64,000 nucleotides of DNA from Epiperipatus broadwayi (Eukaryota > Animalia > Onychophora): the NCBI GenBank assembly GCA_028023455.1, contig JAQFVV010000007.1, positions 13,888,001 to 13,952,000 on the forward strand, read 5' to 3'. This document shows, one piece after another, positions 27,101 to 37,226 of this stretch; position 1 is the first letter of the stretch, and the number at the start of each line of letters is the position of its first letter. The translations under genes and the position numbers were made by a program. Below the pieces are notes generated by a model. It was not told where the DNA came from. It was given only the letters and a program-made list of their open reading frames with translations, and ran no database searches.

Positions 27101-29052
27101 ACAATCAGTGGCTGATTTTTTCTTCAATCTCATCTCTATGCAAACCCTAAATTGCAAGATAGTTTAGCTATTGATCACATTAATTTTAGAGCCCTCATAT
27201 TTGCATTATGGGTTATGGCTTTAAATGTAAGTGTATGCTGTTTTAGCAACATGTTGACCCAATTTAAAGCAATATTTAATATTAGTGCAATGTTTATCAT
27301 GGGTTAAAGTATGTAATACATTGTTACATTTTATATAATCATATATGATTTAGTCATGATATTTGTGATATAAATAGCTAAAATATCACTATGCAATACA
27401 TGTGTTAATTTATTGATCATGCTGCAGAAAACTTGGAGAGCAAACCATAAGAAAATAACTTTTGTTATTGGAACACCTTGATGTATAATGACTTGTGAAG
27501 TTTGTTTGAGAATATAGAATGGTCAACATATGACCCATATAACAGATGTTGCAGATTATAGAACTAATGCTGGATGTCAGACTTCTGATTATAAAAAATA
27601 AAAAGTATGTCTAGACCTCATAAAGTAATACCTAATCCAAAAACTGTTTTTATTAGTACATATAAAAAAGATACAACTAAACTTCAAATTCAATGAGTCA
27701 AATTAAAAAAGAAAAATATATTCCATTATTGTATAAATATATATTTGACATTTTGTGGTTCCTAATTCAGAGTGAATGTGTAATATTTTTAACTCTTATT
27801 TTATAATTCTGTTTGTATGCTGGTGAGTTAACCATCACTCATACATGGAATGTCTTGTAGTTTTGTTCCAAATGAAAATTATTTCATCTCTAAAATTGAT
27901 GAAAAACAAAATAGAATCATGACTGATTTGTTTCTCCAAATTTAAACATGCTATGTTGTTTTTGTTAACAAATTTAGCTCCAAACATTGAAAATCCAGTT
28001 GAGAGCAAGATGGACTTAAGTCTCATTAAAGTAAGCAATACAATTTTCTTATGCAAATTATTATATTATTTTAAAAAATATCACTCCACATTAATTATCT
28101 ATATTAAATCTAACACGAGCAGAATAGTTGTGTGATGTGTTTAAACTCATACTTGAAAAAACTGGCACAGGTCTTGTAAAGGTTAGCCATTTGGGTTTCA
28201 GGCTATAGCAAATACTTATCCATTGTAAGTAAAAAAAATACAGTTAGAACAAGTTTCACTAACTTATAAAACAAATATTCTATTTGAAGAAAGGGAAAAA
28301 CACACCTTTTTAGCATGAGAAATTAAATTAGGTGCACTATTTAATTGTGACTGGCATAAGACAAACATATACTGTAATTTCTTCTTATATGTAATCCAAA
28401 AAACTACAATTAGTAAATGTGGAAAAGAAACTACAATTATTATGCAAATTTTAATGTGTATTTTTAATTTTGTTATAAGCGTTCTTTTTAAAAATATGAA
28501 CCAGAAGAGCAGTTTTTATATAACTGTTATCTATGAGCACATGGACAACACACTGTATTCTGACCATGTCTGTGCAAACTGCTGTACGTTTGATTAATTA
28601 TTATAATTTAAATTTCTTATTGATATGTCTATGCAAAGACTGGAAAACAAAAGGTCGATTTTGTTTATAACTTCATTTATATTAAAAAATTGTTTGTTGT
28701 CCTGAAGTCATTTAAAACATTTATCTAAAGTAAATCTATGGGTGTATCTGACTAGTAGTCAAGAAATAATTCTAAGAATCTTTTTTTTCTTCTATATTGT
28801 TTACTGTTTCAGTTTAATTTTCATCTGGTAACTATGATAAGCCAAAAGTGAAGTGTTAATGGAAGAGTTATGGCAGTTTCTTAGAAATGTTATCTCCAGT
28901 CTCAACTATAAAGTAGAAATTTACAATAGACACTTTGCTTAGCAAACATAATACCCATAAACTAAATATTTATTAGCTAAGCATACATTTGTGTGTGTAT
29001 ATATATATGCAACTGTTTAAGTTTTGTTTTATTTCTTTATTTTTTATGTATA

Positions 29053-29270
29053 ATCATCATCATCATTTACTTTCATTACTGATCTACAGCAGGATGAAGT
29101 TCTCTTTAAGTTTAATCCATTGTCTCTAATCCATATCTTATCTTCTCCACACCACATCCATAAATTTTCTTATTTCATTCACTCATCTAGCATAATATCT
29201 TTATAGGTATTTTACAATTTCATGGGTTCCAAATTAAACATTCAATTGTCTATTCATTATTGTTTCTTCT
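29053..29270 (-). mobile_element. Decayed RTE 3' fragment with (GAT)n tail
   Basis: atcatcatcatcat followed by cagcaggatgaagttctctttaagtttaatccat...caccacatcc...cattcaattgtctattcatt, aligning with the 12.6 and 18.7 kb copies. Confidence 0.7.
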
Positions 29271-30036
29271 GTCATGACTCTAAGTATCTATAAAAAAATT
29301 ATTCTCATACACATTCATCCGGCCTTCAAGAAAACTCAAGTAATGATTCAGTTAAGAACTATCTAGAAGCTGAAAACAAGGTTATTGTGTGTCTTAATCT
29401 TAAATTCAGAGCTAAAATGCCAATAATATTATCATACTGGACAAATGTATGTTGGTAAGCAACCCATCCATCCTTCATTTACTATGTAAATAATCACATA
29501 GCAATAAGAGCTTCAATGACAAAAACATATGAAATGGATATTAGAAATTTGGTCTGCTGAGTTTCTTAAAAGCCTCAAAGTGGAATTAAAAAGATCTTTT
29601 TGTTTTTGGTAACAAAGTCCTTTTGGTAGCAATTATATTTTCATCTATTTCTATCATTTAATATTAAATATTTTTAGCAAAATTCAAACATTATTTTATT
29701 TTTTTCAATTGAATGGTTTTAATCTCCTCTTTTCTTTAAGGGTTGCTAGCATGCCCAATAACAGTATTAGCATGGAAATTGAACTTATATCTTTAGATTC
29801 ATTATTGCTGAAGTTAATGTGATATTCTAACCAATTAAGTGATTATTTCTATAAGTAAATATTTAACATTTAATATTAAATGATGGAAATTGTCCATGAT
29901 ATAATTAGCAAGAAAATGTGATTATCACAAACTTTTAGACAATTAATACACTCACAAATAATACACAGACAAAGAATACACCCAATTTACTATTTTGATA
30001 TAAACTGAGCATTAATTGTATATGTGTGTGAGATAT

Positions 30037-30097
30037 GGTGATCTGCACCAATTGATGAGTGTGAGTTCCGCACAAATTACATATATTAGAGATCATT
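30037..30097 (+). ncRNA. Type I hammerhead-like motif, family H1 (degenerate)
   Basis: GGUGAUC-UGCA-CCAA-UUGAUGA-GUGUG-AGUUC-CGCAC-AAAU-UACAUA-U-A-UUAG-A-GAUCAUU. Stems I and II pair; C3 and GAAA are mutated. Confidence 0.7.
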
Positions 30098-30518
30098 TAC
30101 CTTTTTCACATGTATGTGATCATGTGTATTATTTGTATAATATGGAGTGTTATAGATGTACAGAGCTAGAAAGTCTGAGTTCAATTCCCTTTTAATTACA
30201 TTAAATTTAGTATAGTCTATGTACTTGTATTTGAATATTAAATATTGAGCCTGTATTCTGACCATCCATCTTTTTTATAATTAAATGGATATATTATGGT
30301 CCTATATATGAGTGGTCAGAGTAATTTAAAGTTAACATGGGAATGACAATAATATTGACATCAACATGAGCTTTAAGTGTTTTTTCATTATCAGATTTTC
30401 AATGGTATGTATGGCTGAAGTGTTGGAGGATGGATAAGACTGAAGCTTGTTCATTAAAGTTTGATGCTTTGTTATCTTAATATAAACTGAGTACTGATTG
30501 TATATATATGTGGAAGAT

Positions 30519-30579
30519 GGTGATCCAGACCAACTTATGAATGCTTGTTTAGCACAATATATGTATATTAGAGATCATT
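30519..30579 (+). ncRNA. Type I hammerhead-like motif, family H1 (degenerate)
   Basis: GGUGAUC-CAGA-CCAA-CUUAUGA-AUGCU-UGUUU-AGCAC-AAUA-UAUGUA-U-A-UUAG-A-GAUCAUU. Stem I is retained; G5 and GAAA are mutated. Confidence 0.65.
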
Positions 30580-32011
30580 TATCTTTTTCACATGTGTGTA
30601 GTTATGTGTATCAGTTGGATAAGATGCATTAACATGGAGTGCATAACTGTAGGGATCTTGAAAGTCTGAATTCAAGACAGTTATAATTGCATTACATTTA
30701 GTATAGACATTATACTTATATTTATATAAACTTTAAATTATGCAAACAATGGGGTAAGTCACTGTATCTTGGAATATGAATTAAATTTATTTTTAAATCT
30801 TAAACAAAGGATAAAAAATAGTTGGACTCTCTGAATTCTTGAAGATGTGATGTTTAAGCATACCATTGACAACATTATTGGTAATTCAGTGTAAATTTAA
30901 CATAACAACCAAGTGGACTATGGTAATTAATAACTAATAATCAGTTATATAGGGTTGGAGACAGAATGTCTCTTTTAATAACTTGATTATAATAAATAAA
31001 AATGTAATATATAAATATCGAATTGAACAAAGCTCAAGGTATACATGGATGCTATAAATTTTGGTTCACTTATTCTCATCATTTATTATACCATTACAGT
31101 TTGCATATGATTAGTTAATTATCATCAAATAAAACTCTTTTTTTAAAAAAAAAATAAAGTAAAAAGTATTGAAACATTTAAAGCCAAACTTACTGTGATT
31201 AGGTATAGAGGAAGAATGGCAAGATTTGAATGTTGTGATTTATGGATCACAGCTTAGCTCTGGAACTTCTGATATTCAAATTTCTTATAAACTACAGAAC
31301 AGCAAAACCATTCACTTGTTTTATTTATTATCTAAATTTATTAAAATGCAAAAAGCAACTTAATTATCAATTAATATAATCAAATTTGCAACAATATTAT
31401 CTACCAGGTAACTGAAATATATGTAATGTTCAATAAATGAGCAGCATTTTGAAATCAAATATCTAACAAAGCATCATATGGTTTTCTCAACTTACTTTCA
31501 ATATCACTGACAAGAGAAGTAAATTACACTGTCCATCCTATTTTAGAGCCATTTATTGCATGTATTAATAATCACATAACCCTACACCAATATCACTCGA
31601 TAAGTTTTTGATTTTTAACCTTCATCTATAAAAGTATTGGATTTGTTTTTATACAAGAAACAACTACTATTATTTTTATAGTACCTAAGCCCTGAAATTC
31701 AAACACCATAAGATTTTGAATCACAATCAACTTGTTTGTATATATACATATGAAATACATTCATAATGAAAAACTTGTAATATAATGTGCTGTATTGTAT
31801 AATTCAATGCCCTCTAGTGTCAGAACTGTAATACAAGAACAAAAATATATTCACTTCCAAGTTTTCATATACATACCACTGGCAAGGGTAAAGTTAAATT
31901 CAGCAGAGATGTCAGAGGCATTGCAATAAATATCATAACACATTTAAAACAAAAGTTTATCCTGGTGGTAATATTTCATATCATTTGGTGCTGTCTAATG
32001 CATCTTATATT

Positions 32012-32770
32012 TATGAGGGCACCTAAAAATATCTGGAATCATTCTCTGATAAGTGAGTACTGTACTATGTACTTCTGTTGGTAGATGCTCCTTGTGGGGA
32101 TCCCTATGCAGTAATCTGCCAATTGCCATCATTTAGAGAAGTCATGTTATTTGTTGATTTTTATAATGTCTGAAAAAACAATGTAAAATTCTAGTTTCTT
32201 TTAGAAAAATGTTGGGGAAACAGTGATATTGTAAAAAACAGATTACAAGCAAACTGGTCTGAGGAAAACACAAGTTTATGTCAATAATATGCTGATTTTT
32301 TTAATGCAAACAACATTGTTCACTCAGAATTCAATTGTATTGATCAGATATTTTAACTAAAAATTCTGAAATGATTACATGACTTGGTAAAATAAAGTAT
32401 CCTAATTTGTGATCAAGTAGGAGTGCATCCATGCACAATGTCTTGAGTTACATTTTTAATTAAATTTAATATGACTCGGCTTATATATCAGCTATATTTG
32501 CCTGATCTCTCTCTGTTGACTTCTTTTTATTGCCTTGAATGATAAAATGCCTTTTTTTTTGAATACATAAAAGTGGTGAAGATAAAAATGACACAAGGTC
32601 TAAAAGGCATCACATTGCAAGATTTTCTGGATTATTTCAAAAGGGAATAATACTTTTAGACTGGTACATTGCATAATAAATGGGCTGTATATCGCAAGGA
32701 ATTCAATTTATAGAACCTAATATATATATTTTTAATGATTCAAGATTAATTCTTGAAACCACTGTTGTTA
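32012..32770 (+). mobile_element. Internally deleted, decayed mariner transposon
   Basis: ta-tgagggcacctaaaaatatctggaat resembles a mariner TIR start. Translation with frameshifts gives NVKF*FLLEK, MLIFFNANNIVHSEF, KYPNL*, YLPDLS.VDFFLLP (YSPDLAP.DF motif, about 32494-32536) and a C-terminal-like segment. Right TIR uncertain. Confidence 0.7.
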
Positions 32771-33241
32771 AACACAAAGCATAAGATAACATCAGTAAAA
32801 GCAATAATACTGTTTGTTTATCTATATATATAGAGGAAAATGTCTCAATTATTTAGGCCAGATGAAATAAATTTTGATTCATTCTAGAAATATATTTCCA
32901 AAATATTTTAAATTGAATAATATTATTTTTTTAAATTGACAAGTCTGGCATTTTTTAAATTAAACCTTGTCAATGATGAATTGAATGATGAAAATAACTC
33001 TCAATAACACTGTGGTTATCATTAACTAATATAAATACTTTTTGCCATAAAATAAGACAATATTATTGGTAAAAGAATGATATCATTTTCTTCCCAATAA
33101 AGTTATTTTAAGTTATGGCTATAGGGCATTTCAATTGTCTATAACAACAGTGGCATTCAGAATTATATAAAAGTATATATATAATATTCAAATCTCTCTA
33201 TATATTAAATACAGTAAAATTTACACAAATTTAAAGTTATT

Positions 33242-33293
33242 TTATCAGAAATACTTTCGACTATATATCTTGTAATCTTTGTCAACTATATAA
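33242..33293 (-). ncRNA. Hammerhead-like motif, family H4, in the left pLTR of PLE 2
   Basis: UUAUAUAG-UUGACAA-A-GAUUAC-AAGAUAU-AUAGUC-GAAA-GUAU-U-U-CUGAUAA. GAAA is intact; UUGACAA is consistent with a decayed CUGACGA. Confidence 0.65.
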
Positions 33294-34661
33294 TGTTGAA
33301 TAGTTAAAACAAGACATCCTTTCTATCATCCATAATTCAATTCAGTTCAGTTCTCATACAATTCTGTTATTTTAATGTTTGATGATTGCCAACTTATTAA
33401 CATTTGACAATTTCTTGAAATTAATATTAACTTTCATTTATGTTTATTGTGGCAACATTTAATTTGCATAATTTTTATATTTTTATAATCAAATTTAAAT
33501 CCATCTTTGCAAGTTTTATTATGATAAAATATAACAGATGATAAAGGTTTAGTCTTACCTTTTCCTGATTGTCTCTCTTGTTGAACCCTTTTGCATATAT
33601 TTTTTATTTTATTTTCTAATGTACATTTAGGTTCACCAATATATTGTAAGCCACATTTACATATTAATTTATATATAATAAAATTTTGATTAAAACTTGA
33701 ATTTTGGCTTTAAGAGTTAATCTATTTGTATTATTTGTCAAGAAAAAAGCAATTTGACACAAACCATTATAAATTCTTTTCATAAATTTAACTTGTTCAT
33801 CTGATGTAAATGGTATTGCAATCCATTTCATTTTGATATTATTTTTAGTTTTATTATATTGTTGACTCCTTTTAAATTTTTTAATAGTATTAGTAATAGC
33901 ATTTTCATTATAATCAATTTTCAACAAATCATTAACAAATAAATTTACATTTTTTAATTTATCACTAGAATATTTGCATAATTTTTCATTTAGAAATAAG
34001 AATGACTTTAATCCAGATAACTTATGATTTATAGGTGCATGTGAATTATATGGAATAAAACCTCTAGTTTCAATTGGTTTTATTGGCATAAAATAATCCA
34101 AATTGGATTTATTATGCGTAACTTTAATATCCAAGAATTTTATGAACTTGTATTTTTCTTGTGTTATAACCCACTTTAAATCCTTAATCTGATTTAATTT
34201 GTTAAATAAATTATTATATCATGTTTTTCACTAATAAATACATCATCCACATATCTATGATTTATTTTAATTTCCTGATATTTCAATTTCTTTAAAATTT
34301 TACTTTCATAAGTTGATATAACAAAATTACAAATTTGAGCCACAGCAGGAAGTCTTATTACCAACCATAACTCATTTTATAATATTCATTATTAAAATTA
34401 ACATAATTTTTTTTATCAATAAACTGTTATATTTGATCATAATAAAACTTGTAAACATGGATTTCAATTTGATTATAAAAATTATACAAATTGGATGTTG
34501 CCACAATAAGTAAAATAAAAGAAGCTATATTAATTTCAAGAAATCATCAAATGCTAATGAATGAGCAATCATCAAACATTAAAATAGCAGAATTGTGGGA
34601 GAACTGAACTGAATTCAATTATGGGTGTTATGAAAGAATGTCTCATTTTAATTATTCAATG

Positions 34662-34712
34662 TTATATAGTTGACAAAGACTACAAGATATGTAGTCAAAA
34701 GTACTTTTAATA
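34662..34712 (+). ncRNA. Hammerhead-like motif, family H4, in the right (inverted) pLTR of PLE 2
   Basis: UUAUAUAG-UUGACAA-A-GACUAC-AAGAUAU-GUAGUC-AAAA-GUAC-U-U: perfect 6-bp stem II and palindromic AGUACU stem III. G12>A is in a CpG context. Confidence 0.68.
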
Positions 34713-35189
34713 AAATAACTTTAAATTTGTGTGAATTTTAGTGTATTTAATATATATAGATTTGAATATTTCATATATTTTAGAAAGAACACAGACATCA
34801 AACTTAATTTATTATATATCTATATAAGTTCTAAATATATATATATATAAATTTCAAATAATTTTAATGGTATTGTTAAAATTATTTGAAACTTACATAT
34901 AGTATATTTATAATGGGTATTTATAGTTTTTACATATTAATTACCATTAAAATCAATGTTTAAAATCTTAATATCAAATGAGTGTTTTTAATCTACTTAT
35001 ATAAAAACAGATGCTATGATTGAATGTAATCTTAATAATTCTCACAAGTAACTGATGACATCAGATTTGACTGTCAGGAACATGTGTCCTTATATTTCAT
35101 TCATTTTCCAATAAAGAATGTCATATATAAAACCATAAGTTTGAATAAAGTTCTACAGAGGGCATAGTAGTAGACTAAAGTTATTATAA

Positions 35190-35590
35190 TACCACTAAAA
35201 ATCACATGGTCATCATTATTTATGCTTACATAAGCTGTTAACACAGAGGCAAAACTCTCCATATAGTAGTGTCACTCAGTGTAAACCAGAGTAATCAATA
35301 GATGTAAAAAGGTTTGTGCTTAAACTTCCTATCTAATGTCTACTCATCCATTTATCCCCAGACTAACTTCTAGCTTATATCTTCCATTAATGTGAAAATC
35401 TGGGCACAGAGCTCTCAGATCCAAAGCTCTTCACTGATGAAAGCCATAAGCTAGAAACTAGTCTGGGGATGTTGCATGACTACGCATTAGTTGCAGATTT
35501 TATGTCCAAACCTTTTTGCATACATTAATTACTTTGGCTCACACTGGGTGGAGCTACTGTATGGAATTTTGCCTGTGTAAAGTTAGCATA
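35190..35590. repeat. Family H2 repeat as a long inverted pair
   Basis: 35248-35377 versus the reverse complement of 35447-35573 align over about 130 bp at roughly 75% by eye. The left arm extends homology to 10816 and 60830-60900. Confidence 0.9.
35411..35478 (+). ncRNA. Type I hammerhead ribozyme motif, family H2 (best-preserved copy)
   Basis: CUCUUCA-CUGAUGA(35434-35440)-A-AGC-CAUAA-GCU-A-GAAA(35454-35457)-CUAG-U-C(35463)-UGGGGA. Intact core, palindromic ACUAGU stem III, GUC cleavage triplet, 6-bp proximal stem I. Confidence 0.8.
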
Positions 35591-36309
35591 GTGAATTGCT
35601 TATCCAAGCTTGCAATAAAACTCGAATAAAGCAATTGACATAAATGTTTTAAAATATATTTTTGTAGATAATCATAAAATTCCAAGATAAACTTTCTGTT
35701 TAATTTAATGGTTGATATATCAAAAATAAAAACAAATGCAAATGTTAAACTATATGTAAATACTGTGCATATTTTCTTCTGCATACTTATTTATTATAAA
35801 ATAATTTTTTTACACTTTCCAAAACCTTGAATTGTTTGACAGTGGTTCTTTTATAAATTATTCAGGGTCAATTAATAGAATCCCAAATAAACAGTTTTAG
35901 ACTGAAGTGAATATTGTTGGCAGACAAATGTAAATGTTTTTTGACATTATGGATTACTTGTTAAAAGACAATTTTAAGGCTCTGATGATAGTGTGACATA
36001 TAAGCCTTATTCATTAGCAATATCTTATTCTTTCTACTCTTATGCTATACAGTGTAAACTTCAGTAATTATTAGAAGCTAAATTGTAGTGCTTAATAAGT
36101 TCTTGTCAGTGTTCTCTATTGAGGATAGTTGGATAGGATAGTGTTGGATAAGAAATCATTAAATGCTACCATCTGGCATCTAATAAGTTTTAAAACCTAC
36201 ACTAAATAGCAAACAGTACATCAAATGAAAAAGTTTGCTTAATAGTGATGTTAACTGAGATTAGATGTATTATTGATCTTGTTATGTATTATTAGTTTTA
36301 TAAAGTCTT

Positions 36310-36514
36310 AATAGATGGACAATTGAAGTCTTAAATTGGATTCCAAGAGATTTTAAAAGACCCAGAAAAAGACCACATATGAGATAGATGGGTAAAATAA
36401 GAAAGTGTACAAGATTGATGTGGAGAAGAGAGGCTAGCAATCAGAGAAGATGGACTGAACTTGGAGAGACCTCCATCCTGCAGTGGATTGATAACAGTTA
36501 TTGATGAGGATGAT
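36310..36514 (+). mobile_element. 5'-truncated RTE 3' fragment
   Basis: atagatggacaattgaagtcttaaattggattccaagaga...cttggagagacctccatcctgcagtggattgataacagttattgatgaggatgat, the same family as the 12.6 and 18.7 kb copies in the opposite orientation. Confidence 0.88.
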
Positions 36515-37087
36515 CTTTAAAAACAAGGGAGAAAAATCATAACCCCAGATTTTTTTAAATACATCTTTGTCATTGAATGAATGAATAATTCATTTACTTT
36601 AAGAGAAGGCACTCTATTAAAGTATAATAAAGCAAATTTTATGTTTCAAGTAATTTAAATTTTTAAAAATCTGAATTATCTCCTGGAAGTATAAAATTGT
36701 TATTGCTCTCAGAATCGTTGAATCAGACTATTATTGTTTGAGGCGAAAGATTGGAGAATCTCACAATCAGTAAACCAGTCCACAATAAGTGTGAAGATCT
36801 ATTTGAAAAAAAGTGAAAAATTGATTTGTAGCAAATAATCATAATATTGATTTTCTTTTATTTAATGTAATATATGAAAATAAATAATAGCTATAGCCAC
36901 CTATAGCATGTACATCATTCCGAATACCATTTATATATATTAAATGCGGCCCAACGCTATACTAGTGATTATTAATAAAATAGAAATTCATGTAACATTA
37001 CAATATAAATATATTAAATAACCTCACTATTATTACATATTCTTTTAAATTCATATAATAAAGATACAATAAAGACAAATGACCCCC

Positions 37088-37226
37088 CTTCCGCTTTTGG
37101 CAGCCATCTTCGTAACTAGTCTTAAAAAGCGTCCCTTAGTGTTTTACAGTTTTAGGAAGACGGGACGACTGTCCCTTTACCTTTACGTCTGTTATTCAAG
37201 GTAAGTCAACTTTTTAATCATTTTAT
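37088..37226 (+). promoter_or_regulatory. LINE 5' UTR / putative internal Pol II promoter
   Basis: Pyrimidine-rich start cttccgcttttgg, YY1-like GCCATCTT (37103-37110), CpG-rich relative to flanks, no ATG, and a consensus splice donor CAAG|GTAAGT at 37201. Confidence 0.45.

Larger units (their letters stand above)
29995..30725 (+). repeat. Two about 245-bp direct repeats, 482 bp apart, each carrying an H1 hammerhead motif
   Basis: 29995-30240 aligns with 30478-30725 (taaactgag...ggtgatc...ccaa...gagatcattt...aaagtctga...ttagtatag). Confidence 0.88.
33183..34770 (-). mobile_element. Penelope-like retroelement remnant 2 flanked by about 350-bp inverted terminal repeats (inverted pLTRs)
   Basis: Minus strand: LPAVAQICNF, HRYVDDV (RYVDD at 34242-34256), IKFLDIKV, ORF 33664-34134 with SHAPINHK thumb and WIAIPF linker, then IIYKLICKCGLQYIGEPKCTLE (GIY-YIG, about 33615-33680). 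33183-33538 is the reverse complement of 34424-34770 at roughly 80% by eye. Confidence 0.92.

Noticed and set aside
27835-28135. ORFs upstream of PLE 1 as its N-terminus
   Set aside because: The LLSTGFSMFGAKF similarity to PLE N-terminal segments is too weak, and it is separated from the RT by about 750 bp of unrecognised sequence.
33550-33600. Minus-strand AG|GTAAGA donor as a host exon end
   Set aside because: It lies inside a continuous PLE GIY-YIG reading frame and has no upstream polypyrimidine acceptor.
35045-35095. Hammerhead-like CUGAUGA...GGAA-CAUGUG-UC
   Set aside because: Stem II pairs into the core, GAAA is altered, stem I needs an extra base, and there is no second copy to corroborate it. 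Left uncalled.
35975-36008. aaggct-CTGATGA...agcctt
   Set aside because: There is a stem I-like pairing but no GAAA or stem III, so the evidence is insufficient.
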